A stretch of 64,000 nucleotides of DNA from Candidatus Cloacimonadales bacterium (GTDB lineage Bacteria > Cloacimonadota > Cloacimonadia > Cloacimonadales > JAIOQZ01): assembly GCA_963662655.2 (NCBI GenBank), contig CAXXTU010000002.1, positions 352,001-416,000 of the forward strand. The letters are read 5' to 3'. The notes under the pieces are model-generated. The model saw only the letters and a program-made list of their open reading frames with translations, was not told where the DNA came from and did no database searches. A program made the position numbers and the translations under genes. Of this stretch, positions 7,922 to 17,684 are shown in pieces. Position 1 is the stretch's first letter. Each line of letters begins with the position of its first letter.

Positions 7922-9661
7922 TTACTCAGAGATTTTGAAGTCCTTCTTTACTCCTAAAAGTTTTCCTTCATCAGTTTCGTCAGTTAGTTCCAGAACAGTG
8001 TTATTGTGTATTATCTTGGCAGTTTTGTCCTTTCCAAGAACTGATTCTACCTCGGCTATTTGGTTTTGGTTTAAAGTAGCGATATACTGATGATCCGAAC
8101 CATGAAATGTTTCAAAAGCAATCTCGAACATATCCGCTTTCTGCCTTTCGTCAACACCATCAAAAATTCGATTATCATGAAAGATGAAGTCAATCTCATG
8201 ATTCTCTCCTTTAAATAATAGTGTTGTATCATAGCAAAATATCTTCACATTATTAATTCCATCTGATCCGTCAGACTCAATTTTTGCGTCTATTCGGAAT
8301 TGTAATTGATTATCACCTTCTAAGACATTAATGGTTAATCCTGCAGTACTAGACGGGTAAAATCTTTTCGCCAGGCTCCTGAAGTATTTTGACTTCAAGC
8401 TGAAGTTTTTCTCATTCTCAATTAAATACTCTCTAGCTTGTTGAACCCCTTCAATAAGTTCTTGATCAAATACTGATTTCTTCTTGTCGTATGAATTCAA
8501 TAGTTCTCTATATTGCAGAAGCTTTTCTCTCTCAATCTCAAGTTCTGAGCATCTGTCCTTGATGTTCATTAGAACATCCAAGGCTTGATGAACATTCAAA
8601 TACTGCAGGATTCCATCAAGTTCATTTTTCAATGCCTTGTACTTCTGCTTTTCTTCACTTAGATTGGTTATGTGATCCTTCTTCTGTGATTGAAGCCTAC
8701 TCTTCCGATTTTTCAGAAGAGTACTCATGAATTTGTCAACCTCACTCAATGAAGTTCTTAATGCATCAGGAAAATACACCTGCGTTTCATTGTATATTCT
8801 TTCCATTTCTCGTGCATCAAGATCCGCAGGTTTTTGTATGCTCTTCTCGATATTGGCAATTTTTCTTTTTAGGATTTCAATATCATTTTTCTTGGCTGAA
8901 AGCCTCTCAACAAGATTGTTTTCCTTATCTTTCATATTATCATAGTCATCTGCAACCTTCAAGTTATGAATATCATGCCTTAGCTTCTCAATTTCCTCTT
9001 CAAGTTCATCTATCTTGATGTCCATATTCTTGCCGCCACCAAAAAAGCCTTGCAATAATGGATCTTTCTCAATGTTTCTCTTGAGCTTTTTTACATCTTT
9101 AAGGTCATTGATCAGTTTTAATCTAGAAGCATATAATATAGGGTCAATACCTAAAAGAAAGCCATTATAGAGTCCTGTTTGGTAAATGGATTTTGCTTTG
9201 CTTGGGGCATCAAATGAAGTATACGCTGCTCTATTATAGCGAATGAAGAAGGGCAACAGGGCACGAAAAGACAAGTATCCAATCTTCTTGGGTATATCAA
9301 AAGCCAAAGTTTCTATTTTCGTTGTAAAATCGGAGATGCTCATTGTTTTACCGTTTAAAATGATATTGCCTGGATCGGAATTAGATCTTCTGGATATATA
9401 GTGCTTATCATTGACATTAAACTCTAAAATGAAATCCCAATCGGGTAATACGTCTATGAACTGTTTGTAGGGTGTCGTACTTGCACCAAGACAATAATGT
9501 ATAAGATAGACGATTAATGATTTTCCGATACCATTATAGGTTCTGTCTCGATCTTTGCTATCAGGATTCACTTTTTGCCCGACGATAAAAGTTAAACCGC
9601 TTGGATTGAATTTCACCTCGTTAAAGCTTTTTTTGTTTGATGATAGCTTCAGTAGTTTCAT
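7922..9661 (-). CDS. lmuB: Lamassu LmuB / ABC-three-component SMC-like ATPase (DUF2326 type)
   Basis: Walker A variant NGIGKS, long coiled coil, DGSDG signature, FIFHD Walker B, QYIATLN; AT-rich. Confidence 0.85.
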   Translation of the reverse strand: MKLLKLSSNKKSFNEVKFNPSGLTFIVGQKVNPDSKDRDRTYNGIGKSLIVYLIHYCLGASTTPYKQFIDVLPDWDFILEFNVNDKHYISRRSNSDPGNIILNGKTMSISDFTTKIETLAFDIPKKIGYLSFRALLPFFIRYNRAAYTSFDAPSKAKSIYQTGLYNGFLLGIDPILYASRLKLINDLKDVKKLKRNIEKDPLLQGFFGGGKNMDIKIDELEEEIEKLRHDIHNLKVADDYDNMKDKENNLVERLSAKKNDIEILKRKIANIEKSIQKPADLDAREMERIYNETQVYFPDALRTSLSEVDKFMSTLLKNRKSRLQSQKKDHITNLSEEKQKYKALKNELDGILQYLNVHQALDVLMNIKDRCSELEIEREKLLQYRELLNSYDKKKSVFDQELIEGVQQAREYLIENEKNFSLKSKYFRSLAKRFYPSSTAGLTINVLEGDNQLQFRIDAKIESDGSDGINNVKIFCYDTTLLFKGENHEIDFIFHDNRIFDGVDERQKADMFEIAFETFHGSDHQYIATLNQNQIAEVESVLGKDKTAKIIHNNTVLELTDETDEGKLLGVKKDFKISE

Positions 9662-9897
9662 TTTTTCTCCAGAATGCCTTCAGTCTCTATTATTACTCCG
9701 AGTGAATACAAGAAAGACAATGCAAGGAGCATGTAATCAAAGGTATGTATATGAGTTCCTTTGTTTCTTCGACAATATTTCTGATAAGCAATCCATAATG
9801 AATCCAAAGACATTGGCTTCTTTAATAGTGATAGTATGATAGCTCCAAAGCCAAGTAAAGATTCCGATCTTGAGATATGCTTAGCCGGGACTAACAT
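9658..9897 (-). CDS. lmuC: Lamassu LmuC / ABC-3C middle component, 79 aa
   Basis: MLVPAKHISRSESLLGFGAIIL...DSLW...LALSFLYSLG pattern; overlaps both neighbours. Confidence 0.8.
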   Translation of the reverse strand: MLVPAKHISRSESLLGFGAIILSLLKKPMSLDSLWIAYQKYCRRNKGTHIHTFDYMLLALSFLYSLGVIIETEGILEKK

Positions 9898-10801
9898 GTT
9901 GGCTCCTCGAAGACATCACAGGTCTCGAAGTACTTCGCAAGTATGACAATAACATGTGCTACGTAGTTCTTGTCATTTTTGGGGGCAACAGAATAAACTA
10001 GTGCCCAAAACAAATCACGACCAGAATACTCGTCGCATAACTGACGGTACTTCTTCTGAACTTCATCTCTTAATTTCGTAGAATTGAATTCGGCTAGATT
10101 TCTGAGATAGTAATCAAGCTGACTAACGTATAAAAAACTGCTTTCAAGTAGCGTTTCTGCATCACTACCAGCCAATCCATTGAATAACATCTTTTCTTCC
10201 CACGGAGGTACCGTTAACCTTTCATCTCCTGTGGGTTTTGGTGGCTGTTCACTGAGGTATTTGATAACTTCTGAAATAATGGAGTATTCCAATCTTGTCA
10301 TATCATTGAAATTTGGATAAGAAACAATTGAGTAAATTTGATCCTCTGTAAGATGATCAAAGAGGATATTTTCTAAATCTTTTGCTTGTATAACACTGGC
10401 GTCTCTTAGATTGTTATCAGTCCTAATTCCTTCAATACACCTGTAAATATCTGGGTGAACACCTTTGTACTTATCATTCACAACGAAGTGGTATTCGTTT
10501 ATATCACCGATATCTTCTCGGTTTTTTTTAAGCCCAGAGAAATCCTCTCTTGCTTTTTTCGCTGCTTCATAATACTTCGTTTCTAACTCTTCTGGGGCAT
10601 ATACTTGATAGAAGATTCCTTTTGAGCGGATGTATCCATCATTCTTTCTGTCTCCAATATTACCCCAAGGTTTGATTGAAACAAAATCTTGTTCGAAGTA
10701 ATACATGATTTTCTCGAACAAATCTTGGAATTTTTTCCATCTGCTTCGTGTATCAGCAAATGGAATAATTTCCTTGCAAAACCACTCTCGACTGCATTCA
10801 T
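9891..10801 (-). CDS. lmuA: Lamassu LmuA effector: restriction-endonuclease-like domain + ABC-3C C-terminal domain, split by a 1-nt frameshift at 10731-10736
   Basis: GAAGGA RBS and ATG at 10801 give MNAVESGFARKLFHLLIHEADGK, which joins FQDLFEKIM..GDRKNDG..YQVYAP only after a -1 shift in an A6 run; C-terminus YFETCDVFE. Confidence 0.78.
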
Positions 10802-10836
10802 TTCGTAATCCTTCAAACATCCAACAATTTATTCTC

Positions 10837-10865
10837 CCTTTATGTTCTTCAATAGGCTCTGTCAA
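10837..10865 (-). promoter_or_regulatory. Putative promoter of the Lamassu cassette
   Basis: Perfect TTGACA at 10865-10860, about 60 nt upstream of ATG 10801; -10 is weak. Confidence 0.4.
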
Positions 10866-10901
10866 GTTTTTTGCCAGCAATTTTCTTCCGAAACAGATCT
10901 A

Positions 10902-11771
10902 TCAATCAATCACCGTCTCCGTCCTGCACTTCCAGTGAAACGGCGGAAAGGGCGTATGCGCTCCGGAGACTCCGATGGGTTCGTCCTTCTCATTCCTGAT
11001 GATCTGGGAGTCCTTGACCCAGGGAGCCAGGGCTTTCAACTGCTCCCTGGCTGATTCGATATTGTCCAGGTCGATCGCCATCATTTGGTTACGTACCTGA
11101 ATGGCATCGGCGAGCGGGTAACGCTTGTTCTGAGAGATAAGGGCGTAGCATATCTCGGACGTTCGATCGTCCATCGGGTTGATCAGCCTGTAATGAGTCG
11201 CCCCAGCCTGCTGATACCCCTCCAGACGCCCGAATTCACGCACACGTAGCGCTGTGTGTTCTGCAAGCCCCTGCCAGTAGTATGCCGATTGTTTGCCCAG
11301 GTCTTGAAACTCGATTTTGAGCCGGTCTGCAAGCATCTCTTGCGTATATCCTCTTCTCATTGCATCGGTCAAAGCATCGGTGAACTTACCCGAAATATCA
11401 GCGTTGAAATGCTCTCCCACCCAGAAGACGCTCTGCTCGGTGAACGTGTTGACCAGTCCTTGCTGCTCCAGCCCGTAGATACCGATAGAGATACCCGAAC
11501 CGACCTGCTTCTTGACGTCCTTCAAACCGAACTCGAACGATTTCTGGATGAAGGTCTTCGTGTCCTTGTTAACCTCAGCAGCAAAGTCCTGGCCAAGGTT
11601 CGAATTGATGATCTCGATGACCTTGTTGATGGTCTTCTCGTTCATCCGATCACCCTGGGGAATGTCCGCCAGAGCCTGTATCGAGAACCTGGCAGCCTCT
11701 TTGATTTCCTTCTTCCAGGCGTTATTGAGCACCTTGTAGTACTCGTACATCAACGTGTCGAATCGGTTCAT
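10902..11771 (-). CDS. Phage minor head protein (Mu gpF / SPP1 gp7 family)
   Basis: DDRTSEIC and C-terminal PPFHWKCRT motifs. Confidence 0.85.
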   Translation of the reverse strand: MNRFDTLMYEYYKVLNNAWKKEIKEAARFSIQALADIPQGDRMNEKTINKVIEIINSNLGQDFAAEVNKDTKTFIQKSFEFGLKDVKKQVGSGISIGIYGLEQQGLVNTFTEQSVFWVGEHFNADISGKFTDALTDAMRRGYTQEMLADRLKIEFQDLGKQSAYYWQGLAEHTALRVREFGRLEGYQQAGATHYRLINPMDDRTSEICYALISQNKRYPLADAIQVRNQMMAIDLDNIESAREQLKALAPWVKDSQIIRNEKDEPIGVSGAHTPFPPFHWKCRTETVID

Positions 11772-11832
11772 CTTGTGTCCTTTGTCACTTCATTCCATTG
11801 CCCTCCCGCGGGAGGGCTCAGGGATGAGGTGG

Positions 11833-12429
11833 TCAGGCTTTGCTGAAATTGAGATTGATGAGCCGCCAGGGATCATCCAGGCTGTCACGTTCGTACACGT
11901 TGACGTATGTCCTGGTCGAGCTTATCCGAAGGGCTTCGTCAATCAGCTCCATTGCTTCTTTCCACAATGGATTCTTGTGGCTGTACTTCTTCAGCGACAG
12001 AAGCTTGGTCTTGGGTATCGATGATTTCCCCGAGCCGAAGATATCGCTGATGAGCTCTTTCAGAAGCGGATCGGAATCTTTTGTCAGCGTACCGATGAAA
12101 TCCTCGAGCTTCTGCTTTGCGAGCTGGATCTCCGGATCAAACGTGACCATGTCGCGGTTGCGGATCTCCACCTTCTTCAGTTCGTCAAAACTGATCAGCT
12201 CTTTGTTGCCCTTCCATGTCTCATCATACTGCTCTGCGAGCTTGTCCAGGTAGCCGCCCACATCGTTTGTGATGCGTTGCTTGTCCTGCTTGATTCTCTC
12301 ATTGAGTCGATGTGCGCGATCAATGGATCGCTGCACGATGTTGTTGCGCTTTACAAGTTCAGGATCAAGAATGCTCACTGGATATTCTCGTCCTTTGGCA
12401 TCGGTAAGCACTTTGACTGTCTTTGCCAT
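11833..12429 (-). CDS. DUF3164 family protein (typical of Mu-like phages)
   Basis: TDAKGR..P, KGN..L.SFD...KV, FD..IQLAK, W.EAMELI..A and Y..VYER pattern. Confidence 0.8.
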   Translation of the reverse strand: MAKTVKVLTDAKGREYPVSILDPELVKRNNIVQRSIDRAHRLNERIKQDKQRITNDVGGYLDKLAEQYDETWKGNKELISFDELKKVEIRNRDMVTFDPEIQLAKQKLEDFIGTLTKDSDPLLKELISDIFGSGKSSIPKTKLLSLKKYSHKNPLWKEAMELIDEALRISSTRTYVNVYERDSLDDPWRLINLNFSKA

Positions 12430-12459
12430 TCGTAGCTCCTTTATCGTATTTGATTGTGG

Positions 12460-13543
12460 TCAATATCTCAGTGTCCGGACACGAAATCGATTTCTGCCGA
12501 TGTCGTATTCGTTGAATCGTTCCAAGCAGCCAGCTACAGCGTCACAGCCGTCGATGTAGCCCTGGGGATAGGTGAGGAACTGGCTGATCAGTTTGGGGGT
12601 GTCCTGCCCGTCAGGGAAAAGCAGTTTGCCGCTCTCGATAATGGTATCGAGACGCTCGATCCGCTTGTTCTTGTTCTCTTTGTTGTTGATTCTGCGGAAG
12701 TGGTGCGAGATGGGCGTCAGACCGGTATCATGAGCCCAGCGATCGAAGTCTGCCAGGATGCGATCCTGACCGAAAACGGTCTCGATCGAGGGCCTGAATA
12801 TCGCTCCGAACTGTTTGCTACGATGCAGGAATGTCTCGTAAAGGTACTGGAAGTAGCTCGAGCTCTTCGTTTGCCGAACCCATACGTCGATGATATAGAA
12901 GTGATTGCCGTCCCATCCTGCTGTTATCACAGCCTTGTACGCGCCTTTCTCGCCCCAGGCTGGATCCGAGTACAGCCACACCTGCGTGAAGGGATCGTTG
13001 TCGTTCGAGTGCTTCTTGAACCACTCATGCTTGAAAATGTTGCCCTCGATGACGGGCTTGCCCAGCATCTCACGCTGATAGCCAACGTTGCCCAACTTTT
13101 TCCGAAGTGCTGGCAGGCTTGCGGTGGGATACTGCTCTTCCCACACTGAATTCCCATTCTCATCTTCAACCGGGTACCGGAGAAGAATCCCTGACTCCGC
13201 TTCAATGTGTTTCACGTCGCCCGGATCAAACCCTTGGTGATCCTCTTTGATCTCATCGATCAGCTTGTCCTGGTACTGACAGATCGCATAGTTCGGATGT
13301 ACCAGGTTACCCAGCCAGATGATTCGTCCACCGCCCTGGGGATTCAAGGAGCCACCAATCTCCTGAATGATCTTGTCCATCTTACGATGACCGATTGATT
13401 GATTGCCTTGATTCTTGTCCTGGTCGATGTCATCACAGACCACAAGCCCAGGTCGCAAAGCCGTTCTGGGATTCACGGTACCGCGAATTGACTGGAGAAC
13501 AGACCTTGCCCGGATCCGGGTCTTGTTCCGGAGAAAGAAGTTC
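12460..13543 (-). pseudogene. Terminase large subunit, 5'-truncated by ISL3
   Basis: Walker B RPGLVVCDD, GN coupling motif, nuclease DPA and DGCDA present; Walker A region absent; the first 18 codons of the track ORF come from the IS end. Confidence 0.88.
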
Positions 13544-14890
13544 GGCACTGTTGCAAACTTAGTGGGTAAGTCGGAAAAAAGATAGAGAGGAATCACCCGA
13601 TCTCGTACAATCTCCTAATCACCACAACAAGGAGATAGAGATGAATGATCCTCTCAGAAAACAAGTCTGTAAAACGTTGTTGGCTTTGCAAGGTTATTCT
13701 GCCGACCAGATAATCGAAGGTACGTATCAAACTTATCCATGCATTGAAGTCCATGTTCGAAAGGAAGATGAGCCACGTTGTCCTACATGCGGTATTGTGG
13801 GAACAGTTTATGATCATCGAGTCCGCAAAATTCTTCATGCATCCATATCCTGTCGTCCCGTAGTACTTGTGCTGACGCTTCGCCGGATCAACTGCGCTCA
13901 GTGTGGAGTGAAAACTGAACAACAGGATATTGCCGAGGGTCTCAATCGACACTCTAAAGACTTCGGCAATAAGGTTCTCCAGTTCACGCTTCGTTCAGAC
14001 AATGCTTCTGTAGCACGGATATTCGGTGTGGATCGGAGTACGATTTATCGAATCGACAAAATTGAGTTATCCAAGTTGGAAAAGGGTTATAGAGGACGAG
14101 TTCCGAATGTCGATCAGATTGCAATTGACGAGATTGGTTATAAGCGAAGGCATAAGTATGCAACGGTTATCACAAACCATGAGGACGGGCGTGTGATCGA
14201 CCTGACAATGGGCAAATCGAAAGAAAGTGCGAAGGAGTTGTTTCGAAAATACGAACGACGACTCCGCTGGATTGATACCGTAACAATGGATTTCAGTGGT
14301 TCATATATCGGCGCTGTTTCCGAGTGTTGGAGTGCCGATATGATCGTATTTGATCGTTTCCATTTCAGCCGCCTGGTCAACAGAAAAGTGGAAGAAGTAC
14401 GACGAGAACTTCAGAGAGATTTTGAATCTGACAAGTTGCGTCAGAGCAAGAAACACGACCGGTGGTTGGTTTTGACCAGAAAACACAATCACAAAGAAAA
14501 CCATCAAGCCCGACTCAAGAAACTGGAGACGCTAAATCATCCCCTTTACGAAGCCTATTTGCTCAAAGAAGATTTACTATCGATTTTCGAAGACGATATT
14601 ACGCAAGAAGAAGCGAAGCCGATGATTGAAGAGTGGTGCAGAGTTATTCAGAAAACCGTCTTCGAGCCACTGAAGGCACTTGCAAGAACGATTATGAAGA
14701 GATTGCATATTGTGTTGAACTGGTTCAAGCATAGAATCACGAATGCCAAGGCAGAAGCGGTTAACAACGTCATTCGAACCATTATAAAGAGAGCGTATGG
14801 ATACAAGGACTTCTCATACTTCAGATTGAAGGTTCTGCAATGTTGCGGATATCTGAATACCCATTCACCCACTTAATATGCAACAGTGCC
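13544..14890 (+). mobile_element. ISL3-family insertion sequence, 1347 bp
   Basis: Terminal inverted repeats GGCACTGTTGCA-AACTT-AGTGGGT and GGCACTGTTGCA-TATTA-AGTGGGT; no flanking direct repeat. Confidence 0.92.
13641..14876 (+). CDS. ISL3-family transposase, 411 aa, apparently intact
   Basis: CPTCG...CAQC zinc finger, AIDE, VTMDF, FDRFH, TNAKAEAVNN..KRAYGY; AAGGAG RBS. Confidence 0.95.
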   Translation: MNDPLRKQVCKTLLALQGYSADQIIEGTYQTYPCIEVHVRKEDEPRCPTCGIVGTVYDHRVRKILHASISCRPVVLVLTLRRINCAQCGVKTEQQDIAEGLNRHSKDFGNKVLQFTLRSDNASVARIFGVDRSTIYRIDKIELSKLEKGYRGRVPNVDQIAIDEIGYKRRHKYATVITNHEDGRVIDLTMGKSKESAKELFRKYERRLRWIDTVTMDFSGSYIGAVSECWSADMIVFDRFHFSRLVNRKVEEVRRELQRDFESDKLRQSKKHDRWLVLTRKHNHKENHQARLKKLETLNHPLYEAYLLKEDLLSIFEDDITQEEAKPMIEEWCRVIQKTVFEPLKALARTIMKRLHIVLNWFKHRITNAKAEAVNNVIRTIIKRAYGYKDFSYFRLKVLQCCGYLNTHSPT

Positions 14891-15487
14891 TAATATAATA
14901 CCTGTGAACCCACCTACATTCGTACAGCCATTGACTTCGCCACTGAAATGACAACTATCTACCATTGTATACATGCTCATGAGTCCAACCAATCCACCAA
15001 CATTATTTTCCCCAGTAACACTGCCTGTAACTTTACAATGTGTAATCTCTGTTACCCAACACATGCCAGCCAGGCCGCCTGATTTGTTGTTCCCCATAAT
15101 TTCTACATTCAATAATTTCACAAAAGATATTTCAGCCCTCTCTGTCTTTGCGAACAATCCAGTATTGACTGAAGTATTTCTTCGGATGCAAATATCCTCA
15201 ATTGAGTGATTCTGACCGTTGTAGATTCCTTTGAATTCTCCATCCGTTCCGATAGGAAGAAAGCCTTCTCCTCCGTTCCAGTTCTCGGTATCGGAGGCGT
15301 CGATGTCGGCGGTTTGAATGAAATGGCTCTCCCATGACTCGGGCGTAGTGCTCAACCAGAGGAGGTTGTCGAGGGTTGCGATCTGGTAGGGAGAATTCTC
15401 CGTTCCGGAACCTTCCGGCTGAACGCCGTCGGCGAATGCAATCGATGTGCTGAGTAGAAGCATGCAAAATACAATCAGAGTACGCAT
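14891..15487 (-). pseudogene. Secreted GLUG-motif protein, 3'-truncated by ISL3
   Basis: Signal peptide MRTLIVFCMLLLSTSIAFA, GSGT..SPYQI, PIG...F.G.YNG and repeated VGGLVG motifs; frame ends inside the IS right end. Confidence 0.82.
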
Positions 15488-15593
15488 ATATCCTCCCATT
15501 TGAAGCACAAATGTTTAACAATGCAAAAAATGTTCCTATAATAAGTCAAAAATGGTTGGCCATTAGGTAAACAATTTCCGTTGCTTGATACAG

Positions 15594-15618
15594 AAAAAGC
15601 CCCGCGGAACGCAGGGCT
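15594..15618 (-). terminator. Intrinsic terminator after the CoA-disulfide reductase gene
   Basis: AGCCCTGCG-TTC-CGCGGGGCT-TTTT on the minus strand. Confidence 0.7.
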
Positions 15619-15639
15619 AACAAGATTCAATAGGATTAC

Positions 15640-17338
15640 TTATTTCTTCAAGCCAAACGGCCAGGCCATAAGTCCGCCTTCGAGGACGCGGACGTTCGTG
15701 TAGCCCAGTCCACGAAGAATGCAGGAGGCTTCATAGCCACGCAGTGATATCTTGCACCACGTGATGATGGGGGCGTCTTTATCCTGCGGAAGTTTATCCG
15801 TCATCTGGCGGAGTTTTCCGAGCGGGATGAGCGTTTCCCCTGCATCCAGGCGCATCTGCTCGTATTCGTCCGGACCACGGACATCGAGCAGGAACGGTTT
15901 TTCTTCGTCATTTTCGATGATCGCTTTGAGTTCCATGGAGCTGATTCCGTCCATGCGTTTGAGGAGCTTGTTCTCTAGAACGTGAACCGCCGTGATGAAT
16001 CCATCCAGTGCCTGAGAGAAAGGCGGGGCGTAGGGGAGATCGAGGTTCACGAGCTGATGGACGTGCATGCAGTTGTGCAATGCCATTGCGCCGATTGCGA
16101 GGCGTTTGGAGACGTCACCGGGGCCTGCGGCTTGCATACCGAGGAGCTTACCCGTGGATTTATCGGCCACCAGCTTGATGATGAGGAGCTTACCACCCAT
16201 GAAGCCGGGTTTGTCCGGCGCTGCGTGTATGGCTGTCATGATATTGCTGTAGCCTTCGGCGCGTGCGCGTGACTCGGAGAGTCCGACGCTGCCGACGGTG
16301 TAATCGAAAACCTTGCAGATACCGGTCATGATCGCGCCCGGGTATTCCGTGCGGTTGCCAAGAACCATGTTCTGGGCGGCAACGCGACCCTGGAGGTTGG
16401 CGGCGTCGCCCATGGGCCAGTGGATTTTATTGAACGTTACCAGGTCGGTGATTTCAACGCAATCGCCTGCCGCGAAGATATCGTGATTGCTGGTCTGCAT
16501 GAAGTTGTTCACGCAGATCGCGCCTTTGACGCCGAGCTTCAGGTTGGCAGTCTTTGCCAGCTCGTTGTTCGGCTTTACGCCGATCGATACGACGACGAAA
16601 TCGGCTTCGAGCGCTTCACCGTTATCGAGTTTCACACCGCTGACTTTGCCTTCGCCGAGGAATTCGGTGGCTGCAACGCCGGTGATGACCCGCGCACCCT
16701 TTTGGTGGAGGTGATTTTGCACGATGAGCGCCATTTCTGGATCGAGGAATGGCAGGATGTAGGGAAGCTTCTCGACAACAGTTACCTTGATTCCCGCAAG
16801 CGCGAACGCTTCCGCGGTCTCGATGCCGATCAGTCCACCGCCGATGATAACGGCCTTCTTGATCGAATTGCTCTTCACCTTTTCCTTGATGAAAAGGGCG
16901 TTGTTGATATCGTGAAGGGTCGTGACGTTCTCCAGATCGATACCCTTGATGGGCGGTTTGATCGGAGATGCGCCCACGGCGAGCATGAGCTTGTCATAAG
17001 GCAAATCTTCCGTTTTTACCGTCTGCCAGCGAACGTACCGTCACCTGCTTCTTTTCGGGATCGAATCATGATTGCCTCGGTGTTCGTTCTCGCGATTACC
17101 TTCTTGGCGTTCTTGAAAAAATGATTCGTCGCGGGGAGCTCCAGTCGGAGTGCAGACGAGTTTCTCCTTTTCGTCGAACATCCCACCGATGAAATAGGGA
17201 TATCCGCATGAAGCCATCGACATATATGACCCTTTCTGAATAAGGGTGATCTCTGCGCCTTTCGTCCAAGCGACGAATCTTCGCTGCGGTTTTGGGGCCT
17301 GCAGCCGCTCCGCCGATAATCAGATACCGTGTTGCCAT
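15640..17338 (-). CDS. CoA-disulfide/persulfide reductase with C-terminal rhodanese domain (about 564 aa), with four +1 frameshifts in its 5' part
   Basis: IIGGAAAG FAD motif, S..SCGYPY redox Cys, GGGLIG, AAGDC, YAPPFS, rhodanese DVR...CKISLRG; extra bases near 17261, 17118, 17064 and 17015. Confidence 0.88.
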
Positions 17339-17357
17339 ATTTCCTCCTTTATGAACC

Positions 17358-17386
17358 ATCGTGCAAAACGGACCAATTTCTGTCAA
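17358..17386 (-). promoter_or_regulatory. Putative sigma70 promoter of the reductase gene
   Basis: TTGACA-17 nt-CACGAT ending 20 nt upstream of ATG 17338. Confidence 0.5.
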
Positions 17387-17482
17387 GCATGCGCATTCCC
17401 CTCTTTAGCCGTCAAATGATTCGTGCGTTATTAAAGAAAATAAGGTTTTCCGTGCGTGACATAGAGTTTTCTGCCCGATCCA

Positions 17483-17591
17483 GCGCGGGGCGGCGGGTGT
17501 GCTGCGCACACGGTTCGTTCACTTGATAACATGCCCGAGTTATCAAGTGAACGAACCAGGGAAGCCGGAGGCTTCCGCCGCCGCCCCGCGC
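17483..17591. repeat. Perfect cloverleaf palindromic element
   Basis: 14-bp closing stem enclosing hairpins of 6, 19 and 7 bp, all without mismatches. Confidence 0.85.
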
Positions 17592-17633
17592 GGGAGCAAG
17601 TCACATTTAACGTCGGTTACCGGGGCCCGGGGT

Positions 17634-17667
17634 AAAAAAAAGCTCTGGATGGCTTATCCAGAGCTTT
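17634..17667 (-). terminator. Intrinsic terminator after the ABC permease
   Basis: AAAGCTCTGGAT-AAGCC-ATCCAGAGCTTT running into a T8 tract. Confidence 0.85.
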
Positions 17668-17684
17668 AAAGAGGCACGTGTATT

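Larger units (their letters stand above)
1..13543 (-). mobile_element. Prophage structural/lysis region (tailed phage), truncated on the right by ISL3 and continuing past the left window edge
   Basis: Contiguous co-oriented terminase, portal, protease-capsid, neck, tail, endolysin, tail chaperone and tape-measure genes; DUF3164 hints at Mu-like affinity. Confidence 0.93.

Noticed and set aside
10802..10880. ORF-track N-terminus MLAKNLTEP... of lmuA
   Set aside because: TTG start without RBS that spans the putative promoter; a better start exists at 10801 in another frame.
11800..11817. Perfect 18-bp GC palindrome as a terminator
   Set aside because: No U-tract on the coding strand; function cannot be assigned.
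13544..13596. IS-derived start rescuing the terminase
   Set aside because: In frame, but the product would lack Walker A and no RBS is evident.
17483..17591. tRNA
   Set aside because: Arm lengths are wrong; no T-loop, D-loop or 7-nt anticodon loop.
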